A stretch of DNA of 64,000 bases from Vicugna vicugna. Its lineage: Eukaryota. The notes below the pieces were generated by a model. It had not been told where the DNA came from and did not search any database. It saw only the letters and a list, made by a program, of their open reading frames with translations. A program made the position numbers and the translations under genes. Where the stretch lies: NCBI GenBank assembly GCA_013265495.1, contig MU058463.1:682001-746000 (forward strand), given 5' to 3'. Positions 52,197-64,000 of the stretch are shown here, piece by piece. How positions within the stretch are numbered: the first letter of the stretch is position 1; every line of letters starts with the position of its first letter.

Positions 52197-53289
52197 TGTT
52201 TGGGTGAACCAAATGCAGAGCAATTTCCCTGACCTTCTCCATCCCAGGAGAATAGGAACCACTTTGGATGGGGGAGCCACAGAAGCTGCCAGCTAGTTAC
52301 TACAATGAATTTACAAGTCCTGTAGGAATAATTTTCAGTGCTTAAGGGGAAGAAGAAAAACTAGATATCCAATTCTCTGCCTTTCAGTAGGAATCACCAT
52401 ATCACTTCTGTCTGGGAGGATGGGTCTCATGGGCAAGCCCTTCTCACCATTTCTGTGGAGCCCCCAGGAAGAACTGGGTGCTGGACTATGGAAGTTCTGA
52501 GAGTGGAGCAACATCATTGAGAGCGAGGGTGAGAGAAGGTGGTAGGAGCTTGGCTAGGGGTGAAGGTGAGTTGCTCCTGTTTTTCTCTGCCTGAGGAAGA
52601 GGGGAATAGGGAATCTTGAGTACTGTGATTAATTTCTGGGCACTCGGAGAGGCCAGCAGAACAGCAGATGAATGAGCCACCGAAGTTGACTGGGGCGAAA
52701 GTACCTTTCCAGTAATCTGGATACCAGGCAAAACAAGACATGGGTCTGACCTCCTCCACAGGCTCAATGAGGTCTGGGTTAGGATGCAGGAACTGGCCTG
52801 CTTTGGGATATTGTAGTGGGAGGGGAACAAAGAAAATGTGCTCCAGACAGTGGGAATCCCAAAAGCATGGAGATGGGAATGCCTAGAGAATAAGCTATAG
52901 TCCTGAAAGGGCTGGAGCAAACAACAGGAGGGGATGAGGCCAATGAAGGCAGCAGAGACAAGTTCACAGTGGTGGCAAGAGTTTAGCCTTCTGGATTATC
53001 AGGTCATGGGGAGTCATGGATAGGTTATGAGCTAGAAAGAGTTGGATAGGTGGGGTTAAACTAGGATCTGAAGATGTGTTTAGGGATGCCTGTTCTGATG
53101 GAAAATAGAGACTGGAAAAGGGCAGAGTGGTGATCTAAGAAGGGGCAACTCTGGCTCTGTCACCGGCACTCTGGGCAAAGTGAGAAGAGAAAGGCCAGAG
53201 TTATTAGTGAGCCAACCAGTCCCAGACTAGAGAGAGGAATGGTGCAGAGTAACTCTCAGACTCCCAGACTGAGGATTTTAAATATAACA
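52197..53289 (-). mobile_element. Long solo LTR-like element (old ERV, subfamily uncertain)
   Basis: ~1.1 kb purine/G-rich block bounded by TGTT...AACA termini within AT-rich flanks. Confidence 0.55.
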
Positions 53290-53485
53290 TCCTGTTGGAT
53301 ACACAACAAGATTACCATTTTCATGTTTTACTGCCAGTTTGTTTAATAAAATTAGATCGTGGTGAATATCCAAAATAGGGTTATATTTTATATTACACCT
53401 TTAATAATGATTGCTTATTGATACTTGAATTTGCCTCTATGTTACATTTATTTGATATTTTAACAATCGTTACTATTTTGGCATA

Positions 53486-54484
53486 TAGGACTTTGCTTTG
53501 TAGGGCTCAGATTTATACGAGTTTTAGTTACCACAGTTTATTTAAATAACACCAGTTTCCTGATAGTTCAAAATAAATTCATTTGGATATATTAACCATG
53601 AATAATTGGAAAAAGTACAAACTTGCCGCTAGCTCCTCTTTCCACAGATAACTACATAAATGACAGATACACATCATGATCAGTTACCAATCACGTCACT
53701 CTTTTCAGAGTCTGCCAGGGATTGGTCATTGCATCTGTTATTCAATTCACATAAAAGCAGAAAAGCATGTAGAAAAGCATGCCACCTTGTCTCCCACGGG
53801 TAAACCCAGGTGATATTTTACAAAAATGGAGTATCAAAAGAGGGAATAGGCCAATAAAGATTAAGGTGCAGAAAATAAACAAAAAGTGATAACAGTGGGA
53901 GTGAAACTGTATGTGAATAGAAGATGGCTGATCTTGGAAATGTTGATGCTGCCCTCTTTGGGAGACTCAAGATACGCAGCCAGAGGAACACAGCGAAGAT
54001 GAACTTGTGGTTGTGATGAAAAGTCCCAGAAGAAGTAATACTGGAAAATAAATTTCATGTTAATAGAACTCTCAGAGATGTTTTATAACATTGAAAATAC
54101 AGATGATAAAATATGGAAAATTGACCCAAAGGAAGGAAGAATGACAATTCACCAAGACATAGAAAAAAGTATTTTATATCATAAGTTATAAAAGGAGACG
54201 GAGAAGGAAGCATATTCAAACTACTTTTTAATGATTTTTTTTACAATGAATATATAACACTTTGTCAATGTTTCAAATGTTTTTAAAATAATGTTCACTA
54301 AGTAAATATTAGTTTTACTATTTCTTCATTCACCTATAAATATATAACTAATAAAAAGAGAGCTTTTACTATTTTGACAAAAGCTTTTAAAGGTCATAAT
54401 AATTTCTCTCATTAAATATTAAGATAGTTTTAGTTGGTTTTAGCTCAGGCCATCAGTTTTACAATCCCAGGTGAGGACTGCCTG
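53486..54484 (+). mobile_element. Tigger (TcMar) internal-deletion derivative
   Basis: Right end GAGGACTGCCTG|TA. The ATG at 53826 starts a decayed transposase N-terminus (..NKQKVITVGVK, like KRKVITLEVK). A C-terminal part (..ELSEMFYNIE..IQTTF) follows directly, with no DDE core. Confidence 0.85.
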
Positions 54485-54564
54485 TATGCTAAATGACATG
54501 AGAGAAACTACTCATCTATTCAATTCAATTAAATAACTCAGAAATGCAGTAATAGAACAGGTTT

Positions 54565-54695
54565 GGGGGGTAGGGTATAGCTCAAGTGGAAGAGCACATG
54601 CTTAGCATACACAATGTCCTGGGTCCAATCCTTGGTACCTCCTCTAAAAAAATAAATAAGTAAGTAAATCTAATTATCTCCCCCCACAAAAAAAT
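54565..54695 (+). mobile_element. tRNA-Ala-derived camelid SINE (vic-1 type)
   Basis: GGGTATAGCTCAAGTGG (A box) ... GGGTCCAATCC (B box) ... GTACCTCCTCTAAAAAAATAAATAA..CTAATTATCTCCCCCC plus A-rich tail. Homologous to 62311-62460. Confidence 0.85.
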
Positions 54696-54935
54696 GTTAA
54701 ACATTTAAATATTAAAAAATAAACAAGAACAAAAGTAGTACCTCATTTATATTTATTATTATTTATCATAGCATTCACAGTTTTTTGCAACCTGTCTCCA
54801 GATTATTTCTCTTTTCTTCCTTTGGAAAGCAGACCCACTTCTCCCAATTCCTGTCTGTATTGTAGCAGATTATCGAGAAAGCACAAGGCATGCCATATTT
54901 TTTATCATTTAACATCCACTTCATCATAATAGCTA

Positions 54936-55455
54936 TGTTGCTGAGTCCAAACTTGGTCTGCTCGCCACACAGCAGGCCAATAAATAGGGAAACAAGGTGT
55001 TGGGGTAAGGAATAATGACTGTATTCAGAAATCAGCATACTGAGAAGATGGCAGCCTAATGTCCTGGAGAATCATCTTCCCCAAGTCAGAATTCAGGCTC
55101 CTTTTATACTGAAAAGGGGAGGAGGTAAGGTTGGTTGTTGCAAACTTCTTAGTGTCAGAATCCTTTGTTTTTGCAGCTGTCCTCCTGAGTAAGGTCATGG
55201 TGTCCCTGTAAACCTCCAACAAAACAAATGTCATTTTCTATTCTGCAACTTTTTATCTTTATATGAATGAATAAGTGGTAATACCTATAAGGGTCAGAGC
55301 TTTGAGAATAGGCTGTTTTATATATTTCAGGCTATAGGCAATACTCTTTTACAAAAAGTGCAGAATCAGCATGACTAAGCACAGGAAATAGAGCACAGGG
55401 TTAAAGCCAAAGGAACAGATCTAATATGGAGTCAGATTTGTTCTTCCCTATTACA
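54936..55455 (-). mobile_element. ERV1 (MER41-like) solo LTR
   Basis: TG...CA termini, 4-bp near-TSD GCTA/GCAA, GTATAAAAG on the minus strand at ~55101-55109. Confidence 0.8.
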
Positions 55456-56652
55456 GCAATAGTAGCCTCACTTCTCTATGGCCTTTCTGGATTGACCTTT
55501 CTCCTAGTCAGATGATTTGCTACTCAGTTCTCCTTCTACAGTAATGATTTTCTGTCTCTATTACAGCATGTTGTTTAACAGTAAGTCAGATACAAAGTCA
55601 TATTTGGAGCTCCTTAGGCTCCTATTCCTTTTCTCATTCATCTGTGTTCCCCTAGTGCGTAACACAGTGATATTTTCCAATATTAATTAAGTATATGATG
55701 TTATACTTAATTAAATTAATTTGGGCTATATTTACACTGCAAAAAAACACATCTTTTAAACTTCTGTGGAACATAATTGAATTGTATGTTTATTGAAATG
55801 TACTTCCTGTTGTTGTTACTTTAATAAATCCTTTTCCATATTGTGAGTGACAGAAAAAGGAGTGGTCTATACATGCATCTGAGTTCTCTGGGAAGATGTC
55901 AGGAAAACCAGTTTGAGGCTACTGACTAATTTAAGAGACACATGTGTGAATAAATGAATTAGTAAATTCATACCTATGTAAAATCTACTAATTTCATAAT
56001 TGCTTGAGGTTACACATACGTGGTATGCTGGACAATAATTGGTATATGATTTAAATTTACTCCGTCATTTAGATACATAGTTTGCACATTTGCATACAAA
56101 AAATTCTGAATTACTTCAGGAAAAGTTAACCACTCCTTACTCATAAAATATCTTTCCCCAAAATTTATTTTATCTTTTATTAGTCACAAGCAATTTATGG
56201 TAAAGATGAAAATATACATTTAAGTATTAAATATAGTTATGAGTTTCTGTAAATATGGCAGATTGGCAATATTTAGAAGTAAAATAAAACGAATATTTTT
56301 TAAACAGTCAGGCAAGAAGAAAGCAAATATTTTATTGATTAAGTAAAATTTTGTAGTGAATGAACTCTTATTTAAATGTGAAGGACTTAGTTTCAAAAGA
56401 AAATATGTAGGACATTAAGCTTAAAGTTGAAAAATAATAGTATTCAATTTTCTAAACTGACTCAGGTAACTCATATTAAGCTTATAAATTACTTTTTCAT
56501 TGTTCCCAGGGATTATAAATATATTGCAAACGTCACTCTTGATGACAAGACCTCTATTCGATCCAGATATTTATTGAGAAGAGTATGGAGTATGACACAA
56601 TATAATATGTCAAAGTAGTTGTGATCATGATAGAATTTTACCAAAACACACT

Positions 56653-57143
56653 TTTATTAGTTTCCTGTGAATTTTGTAACAAATTATCCCAATTTTAATA
56701 GATTAAAATCTACAGAAATTTATTCTTTGTAATTCTAGAAGCCAGAAGTACAAAACTAGTTTGGATCAAAATTAAGGTATTGTCTGCACGACTATGCTAC
56801 CTCTGCAGGGTCTAGAGGAGAATTCACTTTTTGCCTCTTTCAGCTGCTAGACACTGCTGTCATTCCTTGGCTTGTGGTAGCATTACTACAATCTCTCCCA
56901 CCATAGACACATCATTTTATCTTCTGTTTGTAGTCTCCCTCTACCTTTCTCTTATAAGGACATTATGATTATATTTAGTGCCCACCACGATGATAATCCA
57001 GGATAATCTCTCCATTTTACTACCCTTAACTTAATGATATATACATATAATCACATTTGCCATATAAGGTAACATTTACAGTTTCCAGAGGTTAAGATGT
57101 GGTTGTTTTTGGGGGTGGGCAGGGCACTCTTCGTCCTACTACA
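56653..57143 (-). mobile_element. MLT1C/D-like solo LTR
   Basis: TATTAGTTTCCTG...TGTAACAAATTA...CTCTTATAAGGACA...TTGCCATATAAGGTAACATT...CCTACTACA. Confidence 0.88.
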
Positions 57144-58520
57144 GCAATAAATACCATTTTCCACACTTGTCAATGAATTATTCCACTACTTTGTATTAAC
57201 ATGATGTGAATCAATATAGCAAAAATTGCTTTGATACCCTGTGAACTGGCAGACGAATCAGACTGCTTTTAAAGAATTATAATTGATTATTCATTAATGT
57301 CTAGAGATAGCCTATGACTTTTTCATTCTGGTTAGAAAACCATCTAAAAATCTTTATCAAAACCCTATTACTACTGTAACCTCCATTGTCATTGAGTACA
57401 AATGATTTGGCTTAATCATCCCTACACAATACATTGCATTTAAAATAATGAGAGAATATAGAAAGGCAGAGGGGTTATTTTTAAATGTTAAAAGTTATAT
57501 TTTGAAGGTCATGCAGTTGATACAGATATACGATATTAATTTTATGCTTTTTGAAATAATGTTGCATTTTTCCTCTTTACATAAGAAATGAAACCACTTC
57601 TCCATTCCAGGTTTGTTGTTGTTGTTGTTCGTTTGTTTGCAGCAGGGTCAAATACTTTGCATGCTATTTTCTTTGTTAGTCCTTCTATTATTATTTGGGG
57701 ATTATCACTTACAGTAAAATGTCTGAATTTTTAGATTTAGACATTCACATATCCAACCCAAAAGAATTGCTTTCATACACACTATTTCCATTAACATTAT
57801 TATTATTCTTCCTCATGGTTGGGCTGACAGTGCTTATTGTCTAAAGTGGATTAACAGCAAAGAAACCTAGGTGCCTCATGGTTTAGATGATCACATATCC
57901 CTACCCTTTTAACTCCATGCTTCCTCCTGAGTGCCAGTCTCAGTGTATCTGTTGCCCCCAGGTCTGAAATACCTCAGATAACTTTCTTCTAAGAATAATT
58001 TTCAGTCTCTTAGAAGAGTGGTGACCTGGCTCTGCTTGGTTGAAGAAAGCTATCTGAGAATACAGGTGCTCCACATTTACAATAACAAGGAGAGACATCA
58101 AGTAGCCTGGGGATTCATAGACTTTTTAATCACTCTTGAAGTTACTTAATCATGAACAACACCACCATATTGTGTGAGGCAAATTGTGTGTTTTTGTGTG
58201 TGTGTAAGCAGGTGTATGCTTGCCTGTGAGTGTATGTGTGTTTTAATGAAGACACAAGAGAGGACTTTCAGACATACCAGAATTTAATCAAATTGCATTT
58301 TTCAATGTAATAGTTTTGAGGAATTATAAGACTATATACTATGAACTTCTATAATCATCTGATCTCATGATGTCACCATCATTGTGTCTGGTCTTAGACT
58401 GTTAAGGACATGAAGAATATATGTTGTTTTTTGAACTCTATTTTCATTTAATGAATTCTCTTTCACATTGGGTTTTCTTCTAGTTCAGCTTTGTTGGAGG
58501 CTAGATGGCTTACAGAAAAA

Positions 58521-59394
58521 TTTTTTTTTTCATTGAGATATAGTTGGTTTACAATATTGTATTAGTTTCAGATCTACAACATAGTTATTAAAAAATTGTA
58601 TAGATAATATTCCAATTAACATTGTTATAAAATATTGGCTATATTCCCTATGCTGTACAATATATCCTTATAATTTATTTTGTACATAATAGTCTGTACC
58701 TTTTACTCTCCTACCCTTATCTTGTCCCTCCCCTTTTCCCTCTCCCAGCTGGTAATTACTAGTTTGCTCTCTATGTTTGTGAATCTGTTTCTGTTTTATT
58801 ATATTCATTAATTTGTTTATTTTATAGATTCCACATATAAGTGATAACATACAGTATTTGTCTTTCTCTGACTGACTTACTTCACAAAGCATAAGATATT
58901 TTTCCAAAGAAGACATACAGATTGCTGAAAGGCACATGAAAAGATGCTCAACATTGACAATTATCAGAGAAATGCAAATCAAAACCACAATGAGATACTA
59001 TCTCACACCTGTCAGAATGGCTATCATGAAAAAGACCACAAATAACAAATGTTGGTGAGGATGTGGAGTAAAGGGAATAATTGTACACTGCTAGTGGGAC
59101 TGTAAATTGATATAGCCACTGTGGAAAACAGCATGGAGGTTTCTCAAAAAACTAAAAGTAGAGCTACCATATGATCCAGCAATTTCACTCCTGAGTATAT
59201 ATCCAAAAAAAATTGGAAAATATACAAGTACCCCAGTATTCATAGTAACATTATTTATAATAGCCAAATACGAAAGCAACCTAAGTGTCCATCAATAAAT
59301 GAATGGATAAAGATGTGGTATATATACACAATGAAATACTACTCAACCATTAAAAAGGATGAATTTTACAATTGGCAACAACATGGATGGATCT
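58521..59394 (-). mobile_element. 5'-inverted (twin-primed) L1
   Basis: PolyT and antisense 3'UTR at 58521-58894, then sense ORF2 C-terminus at 58893-59394. The sense piece ends ACATGGATGGATCT, just upstream in L1 of where the antisense piece stops. Confidence 0.85.
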
Positions 59395-62310
59395 TTCACA
59401 TCATTTTAAAGTGATTTTATTACTGAAAAAATTTTCTTAACATGACTTTTTAAAATTAGCTATTTAACCAATTTGATATTTTCTAATATCATCTTCTACA
59501 CACTTTTTAACATCATATTAACAAGAATTTGTATGCACATTCAACAAAATTTCTATGATCAGTTTTGAGCAACATCTCTTTTATCAATATCTGGCCTTTA
59601 CTTTTAATTTTTAAATTCACTATTATTTTATTTATTATCCTTTGCTTTTATTATTTTAATTTCTTTTATTATGAATGATTGTGGAGTTTAGAATGTTTCA
59701 TACTTTTCTAAAACTTAAGCATCATTTCTCAGTTGTGTTTCAAGGAATTTGTCTCAATATGACAATACTTTTTATGAAAAAATGATTACCAAATAATTGT
59801 TGTATAATCTATCTTGCCTTTAATATCCCAAAGAATGTTGCATGCAGTGGACTCTGGCAAATCTTGCTTGAATTTTAATGAAATCTATTTGCTAAACATA
59901 TTAGAAAACAGTAAGAATACTGCCTTAAATATTTATCTTCTTGATCATGTTTTGTTCTCTTCTCTTCCTCCTTCTTCTTTTCTTATTAATATATATATTA
60001 CACTGTCTAAAAATAGTCTTTTATATTCTGCAGTTTGAGGAGTGCCCAATTAGAGAAAAACTTTCTTCTATGAATATGCTTTATATTCCATTTCTTAAAA
60101 TCCCTTCACTAAATAATTTTTCCTAACACTGAGATTTGCATGGTATCACTATACCAGACAAATGCACACGAGCAAATCTTATGCTAACAGCATATATTTT
60201 CCTGGTTTTGTCATTGAGGTAATAAAGTAAATTGAAATGTGAGCCATTTACTCTGGAATGTCTTTTATATGTCTAAATCATTATAATTATTAATAAATAA
60301 AAGATTTTCCAAAATGAAAAAGTATACAATATTAGCACCAAGAAAATTCTAGAGACAATATATTTCACTGTTTTCATTTAACACTGTGAAGAGACCCAGA
60401 GAATTTAATTGTTATCTAAAGTCATCCTAAGACTGGTAAGAACATTTTCTAGCTCTGAAATTGAGTATGTTGTTTTTCTCCAAATGATGTAAACTGATGT
60501 ATTGTATGTTCACGTTCACAATCATGACACATGATCACTATTATTAACGTGTAATTTAAAAATCAGCCTTTAATTTTTTAAATTTTTCTTAAATCCACCC
60601 AGAGATTGAGACATTGAATAACTCCAGTTTTGGAAAATTACTAAGTGGATATAACATTGACCTTTCTATATCTAGGATAGTTCCCAATAAATTTTAAATG
60701 GTAACCACTAGCTTTAAGTCCCAAATTTCAAGGTTAAATACGTGTTCAAATCAGAAGATACTTTAAGCAGATTATATAAACTGTATTACAATAGAAGGTT
60801 ATGGCAGAGGTCCGTTTGCCTACACACAGATAAAGAGTCTTATAGTGGAAAATGTCCCTTCTTTAATTATTAGTAAAACTCACTAAGAGATTATTTTTTA
60901 AAAATGACTAGCTAAATTAATTTATCTTATACCTAGTTTATGAAATTATATATAACAAGAGGGAAAATATCAATCTCTTCTAATATTTTCAATCATAAAT
61001 ATAGAAAATTAATCAATTTGAAGTAATCTTATATTTTGTATTAAAAACAAATTTTATGCTATTAAAAATAGACACTTTTATGGGATTTGTTTTTATATAT
61101 TTTGTGTTATAGTTCTTTATAATCTTTTTTAATTTCTATTTTTAAATAATATGTAATTCAGGTTCATACTTATTGGTACACAAGTTGCAAGAAAATAAAT
61201 TTTAAGACATGAGGATAAATTGACTTTGAGGGAAATAAATAATCAAATAATAACATTTTATTTTTCTCTTGTAAATCACTGGAAATTTTGCATTTACAGA
61301 AAAAAAAAACTTCTAAAATGTCATAGACATGTATTCACCTCCAGGCACCCAGTGTAACAAAATGAATCTATTTCCATTTGTTCTGTGACAGGAGAAAAGT
61401 AGTTAACCAGCCACGAAGAATATGTTTTGGAAGAATTTGATTTGTGGGCTCTTTTAGTTTGTTAATGAATATGAGGTTTTAGTCATTCCATCTCAAGTTT
61501 ATTTGGAAAACAATATCAAAAGCAGCTATGTTGTGATTGGAACGCAAAATTATGTGTTGTCATTTAGATTTGTAATAGCCTAACAACTTGTTTTACAGAT
61601 GCACAAAAGACTTAAATGTCATGTTCTTTTTCTTTTAATTTACAGGTTATTAAATTACTGTACTGTGAATGGTTTACAATAGTCATTTAAGTTGGAGAAT
61701 AGATAAAACATGTTAATATGAGGTTGATGTTTGACATAATTTATTTTAGCCTCAATTATTTTCTTTCAACCTATCACCATAATACACATTTCTCATCTTC
61801 CCAAATGAGTCAAAAATCATACAGTCACTGCTTATGAAAACATTGCATGTAAATCATTTTAATTACTTGTGAAAAAATTTATTACTAGGGAACACAAAGT
61901 ATCACGTATGAAAACTTGTAGAAGGTGAACTTTTGAAATTGTTGTTAAGAAACCTCTTTACATATATCACAAATTTAAATCACTGAGAACAACCTGTTAT
62001 AATCTCGTTAAGGTACATATAACACATGTAATATGTTATATGATTACCTTATTATATTTGATCTATTATATATTCAATATGAACTCCTAAAAAGAGTGCA
62101 ATCATATTTCAGTTTTCAAACTATGAATAATTTTACAATTATTGACTAATACCTATATTATGTGAGTGTTTGTGTGAGGGGGGAGGAGATGGAGAGAAAG
62201 ATGAGAGAGCATGAGATTTTATTAGTATTGAATATCATCACCCTGAATATTTTTATTTCATTTTATGCTAAATCTCAAAAGTCACAAAAGTTTCATGAGT
62301 TGAAGTTTCT

Positions 62311-62460
62311 TTTTTTTTTTTTACATTTTTTAATAGTTTTTTTGTGGGGGAGGAAGTAATTAGGTTTATTTATTTATTTTTAGAGGAGGTACTGGGGATT
62401 AAACCCAGGACCTCCTGCATGCTAAGCGTGTGCTCTAACACTTTTAGCTATACCCTCCCC
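62311..62460 (-). mobile_element. tRNA-Ala-derived camelid SINE (vic-1 type) with TSD
   Basis: The reverse complement starts GGGGAGGGTATAGCT. TSD TGAGTTGAAGTTTCT (62296-62310) / TAAGTTGAGGTTTTT (62461-62475), 12/15 identical. Confidence 0.88.
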
Positions 62461-63454
62461 TAAGTTGAGGTTTTTTTAATTAAAAATCACCTTTATAAGC
62501 TGTCATTAAACTATTCCACCTATCACCTCTGCCCTCTTTCTTCATTTTGGTTACTGACAAGGATCCAAGAAAGGGGTAGTGTGACGAGCATGGGTGAAAT
62601 GCATTCTAAGACACATGCCCCTAAGAATTAAATCATTATTAGCAGTTCTATGAATAAGAATAATTCCAAAAATGGTACAATTGAATTTTATCATTTTTTA
62701 TGGAATACTTCATTTTAAACCTTCAGAAAAATTGGCAATAGAGTATAGAAATTGGTTCCTGTGAGTGGGAGATATCTTATGTAACATCATTGTGAACTCA
62801 GAAAAGCAAATGTAAGAGTAATGTTGAATAATATTTGCTTTTAAGTATTGATTTGTCATGCAAAATAAAATGTATTGAAGTACTAGCAGAAAAAATAGAA
62901 TTAAAGAAAAATACAAATGGCACCTGTAAAAAGGTAAAAGGAAAAGTAAAAAAAAGAATACATTTGTAGAAGCACAAAAGTAAACTATAGCACAAATATT
63001 TCCAAATTTATAATGTAAACTAGACACAAAATACAGATAATTTTCCAAATATAACTGGCAGTATATATAAATGTTCTACGCTGAAACAATGGAAACAATT
63101 ATTTTAAAGCAGTCAGAAAATACATCCATAAGTTACCAAATATTAAACAGTGTTGGAACTATCTATAAGTTTTAAGAAGCAAAATATTTAGTGGCACATT
63201 CTCATAAAAGAAGGCACTAAAAGCAGAAATGAAAAACAAATTTTTCATAAAATATACCAAATTACTTGGAAACTTTGAATAGATATATTTATTAATCATT
63301 TTAGGATAAGATGAAATCAGAACTTACTTGCCCTCAATTTTGAGATTGAAACATTAAGATGATGAATATACAATGGAACTTGAAGTTCTAAAGTGAGGCT
63401 TAAAACTAAGTTGTAAAAAGGAAGATAACATTTTAATTAATGACAATTTTGTTT

Positions 63455-64000
63455 ACTACTATCTTGGAGTTACTGGTGCTGGACTTACTCCAAAATGGTC
63501 AACAGTTATAAAACTGGGCAAAATACGTGAGACAAATCTTTTCAAACATAGGAAAACTAACTGTGACACTTGATAGAAAAAAAGATATACAAGGTGAGCT
63601 TTACCTACCTTTCGCCTGGCTTTCTTTCGACATTTATGCAGTTTCAGACTTTGACTGAAGAATGTGAATCTAGCAGAGGGTGAAGTAGTCTTTCTGAGTT
63701 AAGGACACAAATATTTGAGTTCCATTTTTAGAAGCAGCTGATATTTGCAGAGAATATTATTGGAACATAGTAAGCTATCCCAAAATTTGACCCCAGAAGT
63801 CTTCATGGGGCTTTCCTCTACATCTTTGGCCAAGCATTGTTCTGGGCAGGTGGAGAGTGAGAATTTTAAGGTCTTGTAGGGTGTAACCACTGTGGAGTTT
63901 AAGCCAAAATGGATATCATAGTCATGCATTCCTTGGACATGTTAGAGTTCTGTCTAACTTGAGTGGAAACATATTACTGAGTACTTCAGGCATTCATTTA
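63455..64000 (+). mobile_element. L1M 5'UTR-like fragment
   Basis: GTTACTGGTGCTGGACTTACTCC...TATAAAACTGGGCAAAATACGTGAGACAAATCTTTTCA resembles L1MC/MD 5' ends. Confidence 0.5.

Noticed and set aside
52335..52967. Cluster of overlapping ORFs up to 144 aa
   Set aside because: They lie inside an LTR-like GC-richer block, where long stop-free frames arise by composition.
54565..54640. tRNA-Ala gene (also 62385-62460)
   Set aside because: The stems are degenerate, a SINE-specific tail follows, and one copy has a TSD. These are SINEs.
1..64000. CRISPR arrays, operons or other prokaryotic systems; CpG-island promoter
   Set aside because: The sequence is CpG-depleted mammalian repeat-rich DNA with no repeat-spacer array, no long ORFs and no CpG island.

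Overview
AT-rich, CpG-poor, repeat-dense mammalian DNA. It is most likely camelid, judged from two tRNA-Ala-derived vic-1-type SINEs and cetartiodactyl-type L1 3' ends. It looks like a gene desert or a large intron, and I cannot support any intact protein-coding gene. Almost all ORFs in the track are L1/LTR-derived or chance. Most of the window is old L1, L2, MIR, MaLR/ERVL/ERV1 LTRs and Tigger DNA transposons. The main items are: (1) a decayed, intronless RNF167 retrocopy (minus strand, ~27076-27811) that lacks the whole RING domain and lies between a co-oriented L1 5'UTR and L1 3' end; (2) a deleted class III (ERVL-like pol) provirus at ~32559-35975 that carries a gamma-type env TM remnant (ISD + CX6CC), nested in an L1 and itself interrupted by an MLT1A LTR; (3) two twin-primed, 5'-inverted L1 insertions; (4) a ~105 bp local duplication; (5) a few plus-strand exon-like segments that could belong to an unannotated transcript. 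Repeat subfamily names come from recalled consensus sequences and boundaries are approximate. No database search was run.
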